21,057 nucleotides of DNA from an uncultured delta proteobacterium (GTDB lineage Bacteria > Myxococcota > Myxococcia > Myxococcales > Anaeromyxobacteraceae), in contig CAWJSR010000046.1 of assembly GCA_963845515.1 (NCBI GenBank), positions 1 through 21,057 on the forward strand, read 5' to 3'. The translations under genes and the position numbers were made by a program. Shown here one piece after another: positions 8,900 through 16,805 of the stretch (its first letter is position 1; every line of letters starts with the position of its first letter). The notes below the pieces were generated by a model. It was not told the DNA's origin and ran no database searches. It worked only from the letters and a program-made list of their open reading frames with translations.

Positions 8900-9307
8900 T
8901 CAGCGGCCGCCCGTCCACCTCGCCCGCATGTTGGCGGCCACGGCCAGCGTATCGGCATCCGAAGATGCCCTCGCCATCGTTTCGGCGCTTTCCAGGCACG
9001 AGGCCGCGCGGTCGGTCTGGCCCATCCGCCAATGGATGTCCGCGAGAGCAGCCAGGGTGAGGGGCTCGAGCTGGCCAGCGGCCTCCTCGGCGGCAACGGC
9101 TTCCTCGTAGTAGCGCGCTGCCTGCGGCAAGGCTCCCGTCTGCTCACAGTAGAGCCCAGCCGTCTTGGCCAGGAGGGGCACGTTCGCGGGTCTCTCCATG
9201 CCTGACCGAGTGCGGGCCAGCTCGTGCTCAAGGCAGGCGATGGCTTCTGAGGTCCTGCCCGCGATGGCGTGCGCGGAGGCGATACGCAGAGGATTCCCGG
9301 GAGCCAT
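8900..9307 (-). CDS. Short TPR-like helical repeat protein
   Basis: AGRTSEAIACLE, GALPQAARYYEEAV, LAALADIHWRMGQTDRAASCLESA resemble TPR units. Confidence 0.6.
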   Translation of the reverse strand: MAPGNPLRIASAHAIAGRTSEAIACLEHELARTRSGMERPANVPLLAKTAGLYCEQTGALPQAARYYEEAVAAEEAAGQLEPLTLAALADIHWRMGQTDRAASCLESAETMARASSDADTLAVAANMRARWTGGR

Positions 9308-9332
9308 AGGGGACAGGACCTCGTGGTTGGAA

Positions 9333-9695
9333 TCAGGTGGGTCCCAGGTGGCGCGCGACGACGAACACGTCTACTCCGCTCATCGAGCACTCGGAGCTCG
9401 ATGCGTCGCTGACGGTGATGACCTCGAGGCTCGCCCCGGACTTCTCGAAGAAGCGAACGCGGTGGACCTGGCGATGAAGATCCTTGCCGATCCGTTCCGA
9501 TGCCAGCCGGGTGACGCTCGTCTTCGGGAAGTCGATACGATCGTTGTTGGTCAGCCCAGCGTTCTTCAGGTGAACAAAGGCCATGGAGGCAGGCCAACGT
9601 TCAGGTCCGGCGCAGTCAGGGGGTGGGGACGCCGGAGCCGCTGCCGGTACCGCACTGCTGGAGAGCAGGACCGCCATCAAGAGGGCAGGACTCAT
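9333..9695 (-). CDS. Conserved-looking secreted hypothetical protein
   Basis: Signal peptide, then PDC...WPASMAFVHLKNAG...RLASERIGKDLHRQV...ECSMSGVDVFVV with a Cys pair. Confidence 0.7.
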   Translation of the reverse strand: MSPALLMAVLLSSSAVPAAAPASPPPDCAGPERWPASMAFVHLKNAGLTNNDRIDFPKTSVTRLASERIGKDLHRQVHRVRFFEKSGASLEVITVSDASSSECSMSGVDVFVVARHLGPT

Positions 9696-9884
9696 GGGCA
9701 AAGAAGACCACGCTCAGTGGACCCGGTCGAGAGAAGCAGCGCGATGACGGTCGCACCCGGCCCCCGCTGTCACAACTCCGTCCCACCCGCCCCGCCGCGC
9801 CCCCTCCTTCCCGAAGAGTTCCGCGGCCTTGGCCACTCCCGCGCCAGGATTGAAAATCCTCGTGTCCATTCCGTCGGGGGCGCC

Positions 9885-9912
9885 TTGACCGCCGTATCCA
9901 TATGGATACACT
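9885..9912 (+). promoter_or_regulatory. TA operon promoter with operator palindrome
   Basis: TTGACC (9885-9890)-N16-TACACT (9907-9912). A perfect 16-bp palindrome GTATCCATATGGATAC (9894-9909) fills the spacer and overlaps the -10. The toxin GTG lies 6 nt downstream. Confidence 0.75.
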
Positions 9913-9918
9913 TGCGGC

Positions 9919-10205
9919 GTGTACTGGGCCCGCCTCACCGAGAGTTCCAGGACTGGCTCGACGACCTCACCGACCGGCGCGCCCAGGTTCGAATCGCAGC
10001 GCGCCTCCGTCATACCGAGGCGGGGAACCTGGGCGATTGGGCGGAGAGGTCTCGGAGATGCGGGTCCACTTCGGCTCCGGGGATCGCCTGTACTTCACGC
10101 GGCGAGGCGGGGTGCTGATCGTCGTGCTGGCAGGCGGGGACAAGGCCTCGCAGCCGGGACATCAGGCGGGCACGGCGCATCGCCGCGGAGTTGGGAGAAC
10201 CATGA
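9919..10205 (+). pseudogene. RelE/ParE-superfamily toxin (addiction module killer type), three frameshifts
   Basis: Pieces across frames: MYWARLT / EFQDWLDDLTDRRAQVRIAARLRHTEAGNLGDW / GGEVSEMRVHFGSGDRLYFTRRGGVLIVVLAGGDKASQ / RDIRRARRIAAELGEP*. ATGA overlap with the antitoxin. Confidence 0.85.
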
Positions 10206-10501
10206 AGAAGACGAAGCCTCGGCGGAAGCTGCTGCCCTTAGACGCAGCCCGGTACCTCACCGACGACGATGCGGTGGCGGAGTACGTGAACGCCGTCCTC
10301 GAGACCGGGGACACCGACCTCCTGCTGATGGCGCTCGGCGATGTCGCGCGGGCGCGGGGCATGGCGAAGGTGGCCGAGGAGAGCGGTCTCGGTCGGGAGA
10401 GCCTCTACAAGGCGCTGGCCCCCGGAGCGAAGCCGCGGTTCGACACCGTGCTCAAGGTGGCGCGGGCGCTCGGCGTGAAGCTCACGGCGCGGGCGTCGTG
10501 A
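10202..10501 (+). CDS. Addiction module antidote protein (HTH antitoxin)
   Basis: DAARYL...AEYVNAVLE...ALGDVARARGMAKVAEESGLGRESLYKALAPGAKPRFDTVLKVARALG; intact, 99 aa. Confidence 0.92.
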   Translation: MKKTKPRRKLLPLDAARYLTDDDAVAEYVNAVLETGDTDLLLMALGDVARARGMAKVAEESGLGRESLYKALAPGAKPRFDTVLKVARALGVKLTARAS

Positions 10502-10539
10502 GCGGATCCCGCCCGACTTCGAGCTACACTCCTCGTCCC

Positions 10540-11409
10540 ATGGTCGAGAGGCACGCGACCCCCGAACGGTTCGAATTCACGGAGCGCCACTCGACCGGCG
10601 CGATCACGTGCCGGAAGGTCGCCGATGGGGCGCCGATCCTCTACGTGTCGCACGACGAGGACGGGGCCTGGCAGTTCCTTTGCGGCGGAGAGCACCCCGA
10701 TGGCGGGTCAGATGGCGGGCTAGTGACATGCCTGGGCTGCGCCGTGGCAAAGGATCCGTCGTTGAACACCACGGCCGGGCTGGGCTGGGGACAGCAGGCG
10801 TTCCGGGACGGGCCCGACGTGCCGTGGAGGAGCACGCAGGAGGACCCGCGGTGGCAGCGGGTCCTCGGCCGCAAGTGGTCCTGCCGGGCGTGCGGAGGGG
10901 AACACGACGGCCTCTTCGATCTCGCCTGCGGGAAGCCGGACCCGTGGACCGGAAGCGAGGACAAGAAGCCCAACTCGGAGGCGCGTTTCTCCACCCACTT
11001 CCTCTCCGACGACTTCTGTGTCCGGGAGGGAGAGGACTTCTTCGTCCGGTGTGTGCTGCTCCTGCCGCTCAGCGGCACGGTGGGGAAGCCCTTCGGTCTC
11101 GGCGTGTGGTCCACGTTGTCCGAGAAGAACTTCAGGCTCTACGCGGAGACCTTCGACTCCGGCGAGCAAGGAGCGCTCGGCCCATGGTTCGGCTGGTTCT
11201 CGAACCGGCTCAAGGGGTACCCGGACACGGCGAACCTCAAGTGCCAGGTCCATCCGAGAACCGGGCGGCAACGCCCCTGGATCGAGATCATGGACGAGGA
11301 TCACCCGCTGGGGGCGGAACAGCGGAAAGGGGTCTCCTTCGACCGGCTAGCCGAGATCCTTGCCCTGTACGGGCACACCCTCGACGCCGACCCGTTTGAC
11401 TGTTCGTGA
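10540..11409 (+). CDS. Two-domain protein: DUF2185-like N-terminus fused to DUF2199
   Basis: N-terminal PILYVSHDEDGAWQFLCG...DPSL...AFR...W; C-terminal CRACGGEH...LSDDFCV...FFVRCVL.LP...GVWSTLSE.NF...FGWFSNRL.GYP.T..L...RP...HPL..EQ..G. Confidence 0.75.
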   Translation: MVERHATPERFEFTERHSTGAITCRKVADGAPILYVSHDEDGAWQFLCGGEHPDGGSDGGLVTCLGCAVAKDPSLNTTAGLGWGQQAFRDGPDVPWRSTQEDPRWQRVLGRKWSCRACGGEHDGLFDLACGKPDPWTGSEDKKPNSEARFSTHFLSDDFCVREGEDFFVRCVLLLPLSGTVGKPFGLGVWSTLSEKNFRLYAETFDSGEQGALGPWFGWFSNRLKGYPDTANLKCQVHPRTGRQRPWIEIMDEDHPLGAEQRKGVSFDRLAEILALYGHTLDADPFDCS

Positions 11410-11430
11410 TGCCGCCGCGACGCTCGGTGC

Positions 11431-12726
11431 GTGGATACCCTCGTGCTGCTCCTTGTTCAAGGATCCCTTGAGCGGCCAGCGCGCCTGCCAGGGGTGAGAG
11501 GCGTGGCGGTCCTCGGAAGGGGCGTCGTTCGGGGAGCGCCAAGGCGCGAGGCGGAGCGGCCTCCGCTGATCCACCGGAGCATCGCATCGCGAACAAGCAC
11601 CCGTAACTACGGGCGAGTGGGATCAGGAGGGACGGCCAGCAGATCGCCCCTTGCCGCCGTGTCCGCCCCCAGAGGAAGCTATCCATCACGGCAGAAGTCG
11701 CAGCCGCGGCCGGACACTCTTCAGGCCATCGCGCGTGCCCTCAAGGTAGGCCTCGGGGACCTCGTCGTTCCCGTCGCGCAGCTCAAGCACGTTCGCTTCC
11801 GTTCGAGGAAGCGTCTCAACTCACGCGAGCAGATCCTGGCGGATGTGGCGCGCCGGCTCGGCGACTTCAACGACCTCGAGGAGATCCTGAAGGAAAGGCG
11901 AGGACCAGTCGTCGCGACCGTCTCCGACGGGCGCCGCGCCGGAACCGGTCGCGCCCGGGACGCGGCGAAGGCAATCCGGAAGAAGTTCGGCATCGGCGAC
12001 GACGAGCCTGTCCGCGACATCGCGGGCCTGCTGGAGGCCCGCGGGTACAAGGTGCTGCCGGTGAAGATCGCCAACGACGGGTTCTTCGGTCTCTCCGTGG
12101 CGTCGGGCGACGGCGGTCCTGCCATCGTCGTGAACACCCAGGAGCGCATCTCGGTGGAGCGCTGGATCTTCAGCGCTGCACATGAGCTTGGTCACCTCCT
12201 CCTGCACCTCGACTCCTACGACGTGGCGAAGGCGACCGAGGAAGCCGAAGAGGAGAAGGAGGCGAACGTCTTCGCCTCATACTTCCTCATGCCCGAGCAG
12301 CTCTTCGTGAAGGAGTGGGAGGAGGCGCGCGGACTTTCGCTGGTCAACCGAGTCCTCAAGGTGAAGCGGATGTTCCGCGTCAGCTACCTGACCGTCCTGC
12401 ACAGGGTCGTCGAACAGTACCCAGAGCACTACTCTAATGACCGCACCTACCTGAAGTTCGCGACCGAGTACAAACGTGAAGTGGGCCGAAGCCTCGCCGG
12501 GCACGTCGAGCCGGAGAGACTGGGTCCCGATTCGTTCATGGCGCCCGAGTCGCGCAAGGGCCGCGAACCAGAGGAGCTGAGGGCGTGCGACTTCCAGGAG
12601 GACAAGCTCTCCTGGCTGGTCAGGCGCGGCATCGAAGAGGGCGTGATCTCCCTGTCACGGGCTGGCGAGATCCTCGGGAAGACCGTCACCGAGATGCGCG
12701 AGCTCACGACGGCGTGGGTGGCCTGA
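11431..12726 (+). CDS. XRE-HTH/ImmA-IrrE (peptidase M78) family protein, N-terminus apparently truncated (homology from ~11695)
   Basis: SQPRPDTLQAIARALKVGLGDLV (tail of an HTH), VRFRS, ERWIFSAAHELGHLLLH (HExxH at 12181-12195), EKEANVFASYFLMP, ISLSRAGEILG. The first ~88 aa of the ORF are not HTH-like. Confidence 0.85.
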   Translation: MDTLVLLLVQGSLERPARLPGVRGVAVLGRGVVRGAPRREAERPPLIHRSIASRTSTRNYGRVGSGGTASRSPLAAVSAPRGSYPSRQKSQPRPDTLQAIARALKVGLGDLVVPVAQLKHVRFRSRKRLNSREQILADVARRLGDFNDLEEILKERRGPVVATVSDGRRAGTGRARDAAKAIRKKFGIGDDEPVRDIAGLLEARGYKVLPVKIANDGFFGLSVASGDGGPAIVVNTQERISVERWIFSAAHELGHLLLHLDSYDVAKATEEAEEEKEANVFASYFLMPEQLFVKEWEEARGLSLVNRVLKVKRMFRVSYLTVLHRVVEQYPEHYSNDRTYLKFATEYKREVGRSLAGHVEPERLGPDSFMAPESRKGREPEELRACDFQEDKLSWLVRRGIEEGVISLSRAGEILGKTVTEMRELTTAWVA

Positions 12727-12734
12727 GCCGGCGC

Positions 12735-13001
12735 ATGCCACGGGGAGCGCTGCTGGTCCTCGACGCGAACGTCCTTATCGATTACGTCCACGCTGAGCGC
12801 TCGATCCTGAAGCTGGCGGTTCGGCATCTTGGAGACATCTTCGTCCCCGAGGCGATACGCGGTGAGCTGGGGCCGACGAGCCGCCTGCTCTCATGCGCCC
12901 TACCCCGACGAGTGGCCCACATCGTGGGGCCCCCATTGGCGACCGGCGCGCCGGGGCGCGGGCGAATATGTCGGCGCACGGTACGTCGGGCCGACCGATG
13001 A
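12735..13001 (+). pseudogene. PIN-domain protein, only the N-terminal ~45 aa recognisable
   Basis: LLVLDANVLIDY...IFVPEAIRGEL is the PIN beta1-Asp and second acidic motif; beyond ~12872 the translation is non-PIN-like. Confidence 0.7.
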
Positions 13002-13052
13002 TCGGCACGCAGCCGTTTGTCGCTGCACGTCGGCGGCGAAAGGGGCATTCCG

Positions 13053-13532
13053 GTGACCAGCAAGAACACGATCTGCCTCTGGTACGACGGCAGCGCTCTC
13101 GAGGCCGCGCGGTTCTATGCCGCCACGTTCCCCGACAGCGAAGTGGGGGACGTCTACCGCGCGCCCGCCGACTACCCCTCGGGCAAGGAGGGCGACGTGC
13201 TGACGGTGGAGTTCACCGTGATGGGCATTCCGTGCCTCGGGCTGAACGGTGGCCCGGCGTTCAGGCACAGCGAGGCCTTCTCCTTCCAGGTGGCGACCGA
13301 GGATCAGGCCGAGACCGACCGACTGTGGAACGCCATCATCGGGAACGGCGGTCAGGCGAGCGCCTGCGGCTGGTGCAAGGACAAGTGGGGGCTGTCGTGG
13401 CAGATCACGCCGCGCGCGTTGACCGCCGCAATCGCCGACCCCGATCCGGCGGCCGCGAGGCGCGCCTTCGAAGCGATGATGCAGATGACGAAGATCGACA
13501 TCGCTGCCATCGAAGCGGCTCGCCGAGGTTGA
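13053..13532 (+). CDS. VOC/PhnB-like protein (3-demethylubiquinone-9 3-methyltransferase family)
   Basis: KNTICLWYD..ALEAARFYA..FPDS, LNGGPAF.HSEAFSFQVATEDQAETDRLWNAI, CGWCKDKWGLSWQITP, AMMQMTKIDIA; GTG start with AAAGGGG SD. Confidence 0.92.
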   Translation: MTSKNTICLWYDGSALEAARFYAATFPDSEVGDVYRAPADYPSGKEGDVLTVEFTVMGIPCLGLNGGPAFRHSEAFSFQVATEDQAETDRLWNAIIGNGGQASACGWCKDKWGLSWQITPRALTAAIADPDPAAARRAFEAMMQMTKIDIAAIEAARRG

Positions 13533-13568
13533 TCCGCGACGGGAAGGCGCGCCCCTCGAAGAGAGGGT

Positions 13569-13945
13569 CTAGAGCTGCTTTCGCATGATCTCCAGGCGCG
13601 AGAGGAACGGGTCTGCCCGCGCGAGCAGCCAAAAGCCGATGCGCTCCTTCACCTTCTGGAGGAAGGGTCGCGCGCGCCAGGCGCCAAGCTCGATCCGCTC
13701 CGCCTGCCCGAGATCCGTCTCGAAGTCCGCCCTGGCCGCCGCCGCGAGCCCCGGGTCCCGCACGACGGCGACGACCTCGTAGTTGAGGCGCCCGCTCCGG
13801 ATGTCGAGGTTCGCCGAGCCGGCGACGACGGTGTCGTCCGCGATCGTCAACTTCGCGTGCAGCATCGCGGGCTGGTACTCCCAGACTTCGACCCCCGCGC
13901 GCAGCAGCCGGCCGTAGAGACCACGTGCCGCCCAGGTGGTGGGCT
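13569..13945 (-). pseudogene. C-terminal fragment of a cardiolipin synthase-like phospholipase D
   Basis: AARGLYGRLLRAGVEVWEYQPAMLHAKLTIADDTVVAGSANLDIRSGRLNYE carries only the second HKD motif; the upstream translation is unrelated. Confidence 0.8.
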
Positions 13946-14088
13946 CGGCCCAACCGGCAGTGAATGCGGCCGAGCCCCGATGCCCTGCCTCCATCGGGGC
14001 ACCCCACGTGGCCTCGCGACCGCCGTTCACGGGGGGTCATAGTTGCCGGGCGCGCTCTGGGTGAATCGCGCGCAGCGGGGGGTGCTCT

Positions 14089-14796
14089 ATGGCGAATACA
14101 CCGCCACCGGAAGCGGAGAAGCCGCTCCCAGGGGACGAGTTCAAGCCCGGGCCGGCGGCCTCCACGGTCGTCTCGCTGTCGCAGATCCTGTTGGCGCCGC
14201 TCGACGCGATCTTCAAGGCGCAGGTTCACGCCGCACGCTCGTTCGTGAACCAGATCCTGCAGCTCTCCTACCCTCCTCGCAACGGAAACGGTGGCGGCCC
14301 GGAAGACGCGCCGCTTCCTTCGGAGGACCTGGTCGCCAACGAGCCTGGGGACATGTACGTCCAGAAGTTCCGGTTCGCCGGCACCGACCAACAGGGCAAC
14401 CGCGTCCAACAGCAGGTGGAGATCCCCATCCTCGCCCTCGTTCCGATCACCCCGCTTCGCGTGCAGGAGGCGCAGTTCTCCCTGCGGATGACGGTCTCGC
14501 ACGTGGGTAGGCATCGTCAGATGCGCAAGAAGGAGCGGGATGCGGCGGCGAAGCCTCCGCCCTGGTACCTCGTCGATCAGCCGATCAGCGTGCGCGGCGT
14601 CCTTGCTCCACGGGCGAGCAGCGACGACGCAGATGCCGAGAACAGGCAGCAGAGCAGCATCGACATCCAGGTGCGGGTGGGCGCGGCCCCGACTCCAGTG
14701 GCCCTCGAGAAGCTCCTGACTGCACTCAGCCAGAACTCCACTGTCGTCGCTCCGTCGAAGGGTTCGACCGGCGCCGGCAGTGGCGAGAACCCGTGA
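14089..14796 (+). CDS. DUF2589-family protein
   Basis: LSQILLAPLDAIFKAQ..AARSF, VEIPILALVPITPLRVQEAQFSL, IDIQVRV...P.ALEKLL..L pattern. Confidence 0.75.
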   Translation: MANTPPPEAEKPLPGDEFKPGPAASTVVSLSQILLAPLDAIFKAQVHAARSFVNQILQLSYPPRNGNGGGPEDAPLPSEDLVANEPGDMYVQKFRFAGTDQQGNRVQQQVEIPILALVPITPLRVQEAQFSLRMTVSHVGRHRQMRKKERDAAAKPPPWYLVDQPISVRGVLAPRASSDDADAENRQQSSIDIQVRVGAAPTPVALEKLLTALSQNSTVVAPSKGSTGAGSGENP

Positions 14797-14827
14797 CCCG
14801 CGGCGCTGCCGCAAGGGGAGGTAGCAC

Positions 14828-15406
14828 ATGCCGGATCAGACTCTTCAACCCGCCGCGGAATTCCAGGCCCTTCCGCTCGAGTTCATCATCGCCGCCCCGC
14901 TCACCGCGGCGGTGAAGGCCCAATACGTGGCTGCCCAGGCCACCCAGGCCTTCATCAACGCCTTCATCGACCCGACGACCAGGACACCCATCACGGTCGA
15001 TCTCTCGACGGAGAGCTCCACGGCTCCCGCAGGAGGAGGAGCGGCGGGCGCGGGCGGAAACTCCAGGACCACGATCAAGGCCCCCCTTCTCGCGATGGTC
15101 CCCATCCCCCATCTCCGCATCGACTCGCTGACCGTCAACTTCAAGTACGAGGTGAGCCAGTCAACGGTCAGCAAGGAGGACATGAAGAAGGAGGGCGGCT
15201 TCGACGTCGCATCGGGCGCGGCGCTGAGCCCCTGGGTGAAGGCATCCCTTCATGGTTCGATCGCATCCACGAGCAGCGACCAGAACACGATCAATCGAAG
15301 CGGCTCCCTCGACATCACGGTGCGCGCGAGCGAGGCCGAGATGCCCGATGGTCTGCGGCGGCTCTTGGCGGTCCTCTCGCGCGGTCTCCCCGCCGAGACG
15401 ACATAG
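14828..15406 (+). CDS. DUF2589-family protein
   Basis: FQALPLEFIIAAPLTAAVKAQ, IKAPLLAMVPIPHLRIDSLTVNFKYEV, LDITVRA...MPDGLRRLL; GGGGAGGT SD. Confidence 0.85.
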   Translation: MPDQTLQPAAEFQALPLEFIIAAPLTAAVKAQYVAAQATQAFINAFIDPTTRTPITVDLSTESSTAPAGGGAAGAGGNSRTTIKAPLLAMVPIPHLRIDSLTVNFKYEVSQSTVSKEDMKKEGGFDVASGAALSPWVKASLHGSIASTSSDQNTINRSGSLDITVRASEAEMPDGLRRLLAVLSRGLPAETT

Positions 15407-15413
15407 AGATTCC

Positions 15414-15872
15414 GTGGAAACGACTGGGGCGGTGCTCCCCGACCTCATCCGAATCGGCGACACGACGTTCGCCGAAGCCACGGAAGCGATCCTGCGCCAG
15501 GTGGTCTGGGCAAATGCCACCTTCAAGCAGCATCAGCGCATGGCGTGGATCGACATGCAGCGGACCTTCCACGGCGCGGAAGGCGAGTGGCTTGGCGACG
15601 CCGCGATGGGGCTGTCCGACCTCGTCGTGCAGGACATGACCGTGAGCTTCGTTCTCGAGGAGCGCAGGCCCGGACTCGCGAGCCGGCTCGCGAGGTTCCT
15701 GCGGCGGGCCTTCGGGCGCAAGTCGGGCGCCACGGGCCGCCTCTTCCGGTTTGCGCGGCCGGACGCGAAGGACTCCATCCGCGTTCGGCTCCACGTCACC
15801 CATGCGCCGGGCGGCAGGTTCACCGTCCGAAGCGAGATCGATCCGCCGGAGGCCGCAGCACGCCTTGCATGA
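15414..15872 (+). CDS. Hypothetical protein (152 aa) in the DUF2589 operon
   Basis: GTG 7 nt after the previous stop, in frame with ORF 15252-15872; helical N-terminus followed by beta-strand-like LVVQDMTVSFVL and IRVRLHV. Confidence 0.65.
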   Translation: METTGAVLPDLIRIGDTTFAEATEAILRQVVWANATFKQHQRMAWIDMQRTFHGAEGEWLGDAAMGLSDLVVQDMTVSFVLEERRPGLASRLARFLRRAFGRKSGATGRLFRFARPDAKDSIRVRLHVTHAPGGRFTVRSEIDPPEAAARLA

Positions 15873-15893
15873 CGCGCGCGGGTGGGAGGACAC

Positions 15894-16697
15894 ATGCGCC
15901 TGCTTCGATACGGGTGTAGAGGACCGGACGTCACGGAGTGGCAGGGGTTCCTGGCCTCCTGCCGCCTGTTGCAGGATCCGGCAGACGGAGTCTTCGGCAA
16001 GCTGACGCGCGAAGCGACCGAGCGCTTCCAGGGCAACCGAGGGCTGGTACGCGACGGCGTCGTCGGGCCAGCGACCCGGCGCGCGGCCTCCCCCTGGACC
16101 TTCTCCTCCGAGAAGGAAACGGCCCCAGCCCCGTCGACTGCGACGGGCCCTTCGAACGGGTTCTACCCGCCGGCGCCCACCTTCAAGCCACTCGGGCCCG
16201 AGGGTCGAGCGAGACTCTTCGGCGCGTTCGACTACCGGCCGGCGCCTACCGCCGATAACCCGGAGCGGATCGAAGTCCTCGGTGACTGGGCGGCGCGGAA
16301 CCTCGTGGTCGTCGACATCCCCGAGCTGAGAGGTATCCCCGCCGGCGAGCGGCCGTCGTCGGGACGCGTCCTATTCCATCGACTGGGTGCCGCGCCGCTT
16401 CGCGCGCTCTTCCGCGAATGGGGTCGCGCAAACCTCGTGAGCAGACTGCTCACCTACGACGGCTCGTATGTCGCCCGGTTCGTACGGCGCAGCCGCTCTG
16501 TGCTGAGCCCCCACGCGCACGGCACTGCGGTGGACTTCAACGCCCCGGATAATCCACTGGGCGCTCCGCCCGCCCGGTCAGGCAGTCGGGGATCCGTCGT
16601 CGAGTTGGTGGAGATCGCCAACGAGCACGGCTTCTACTGGGGAGGTCATTTCTCCCGCAGGGATGGAATGCACTTCGAGCTGGCTAGACTTCCCTGA
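15894..16697 (+). CDS. Peptidoglycan-binding domain + M15-family zinc peptidase
   Basis: LRYGCRGPDV..WQ..L....DGVFG..T..A...FQ...GL..DGVVGPAT (PG_binding_1); SPHAHGTAVD and WGGHF..RDGMHFE (M15 Zn ligands); GGAGGA SD. Confidence 0.88.
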   Translation: MRLLRYGCRGPDVTEWQGFLASCRLLQDPADGVFGKLTREATERFQGNRGLVRDGVVGPATRRAASPWTFSSEKETAPAPSTATGPSNGFYPPAPTFKPLGPEGRARLFGAFDYRPAPTADNPERIEVLGDWAARNLVVVDIPELRGIPAGERPSSGRVLFHRLGAAPLRALFREWGRANLVSRLLTYDGSYVARFVRRSRSVLSPHAHGTAVDFNAPDNPLGAPPARSGSRGSVVELVEIANEHGFYWGGHFSRRDGMHFELARLP

Positions 16698-16775
16698 AGC
16701 CGGAGCTCATTCCTGGCCCGATGACCGCTGCCACATCGGGACGTGACGATCGAGAGCGGCGGAGTTCCGGAGGGC

Positions 16776-16791
16776 CGGCACGCCGCCTGCT
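16776..16791 (+). promoter_or_regulatory. Possible sigma54 -24/-12 promoter for the nucleotidyltransferase pair
   Basis: CGGCACG-CCGC-CTGCT with exact GG-N10-GC spacing; same GGCACG-N4-CTGCT as at 18951-18965. Confidence 0.5.
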
Positions 16792-16805
16792 GCTAATCTC
16801 GCCGA

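Noticed and set aside
9902..10501. 199-aa toxin-antitoxin fusion ORF
   Set aside because: Chimeric product of the toxin frameshifts; the antitoxin has its own ATG at 10202.
11431..11690. Genuine N-terminal extension of the ImmA protein
   Set aside because: Low-complexity translation, weak codon bias and no HTH helices; probably non-coding read-through.
2116..13050. Integron cassette array
   Set aside because: Genes are in mixed orientation, I found no repeated attC-like sites, and the integrase shows no evident IntI-specific insertion.
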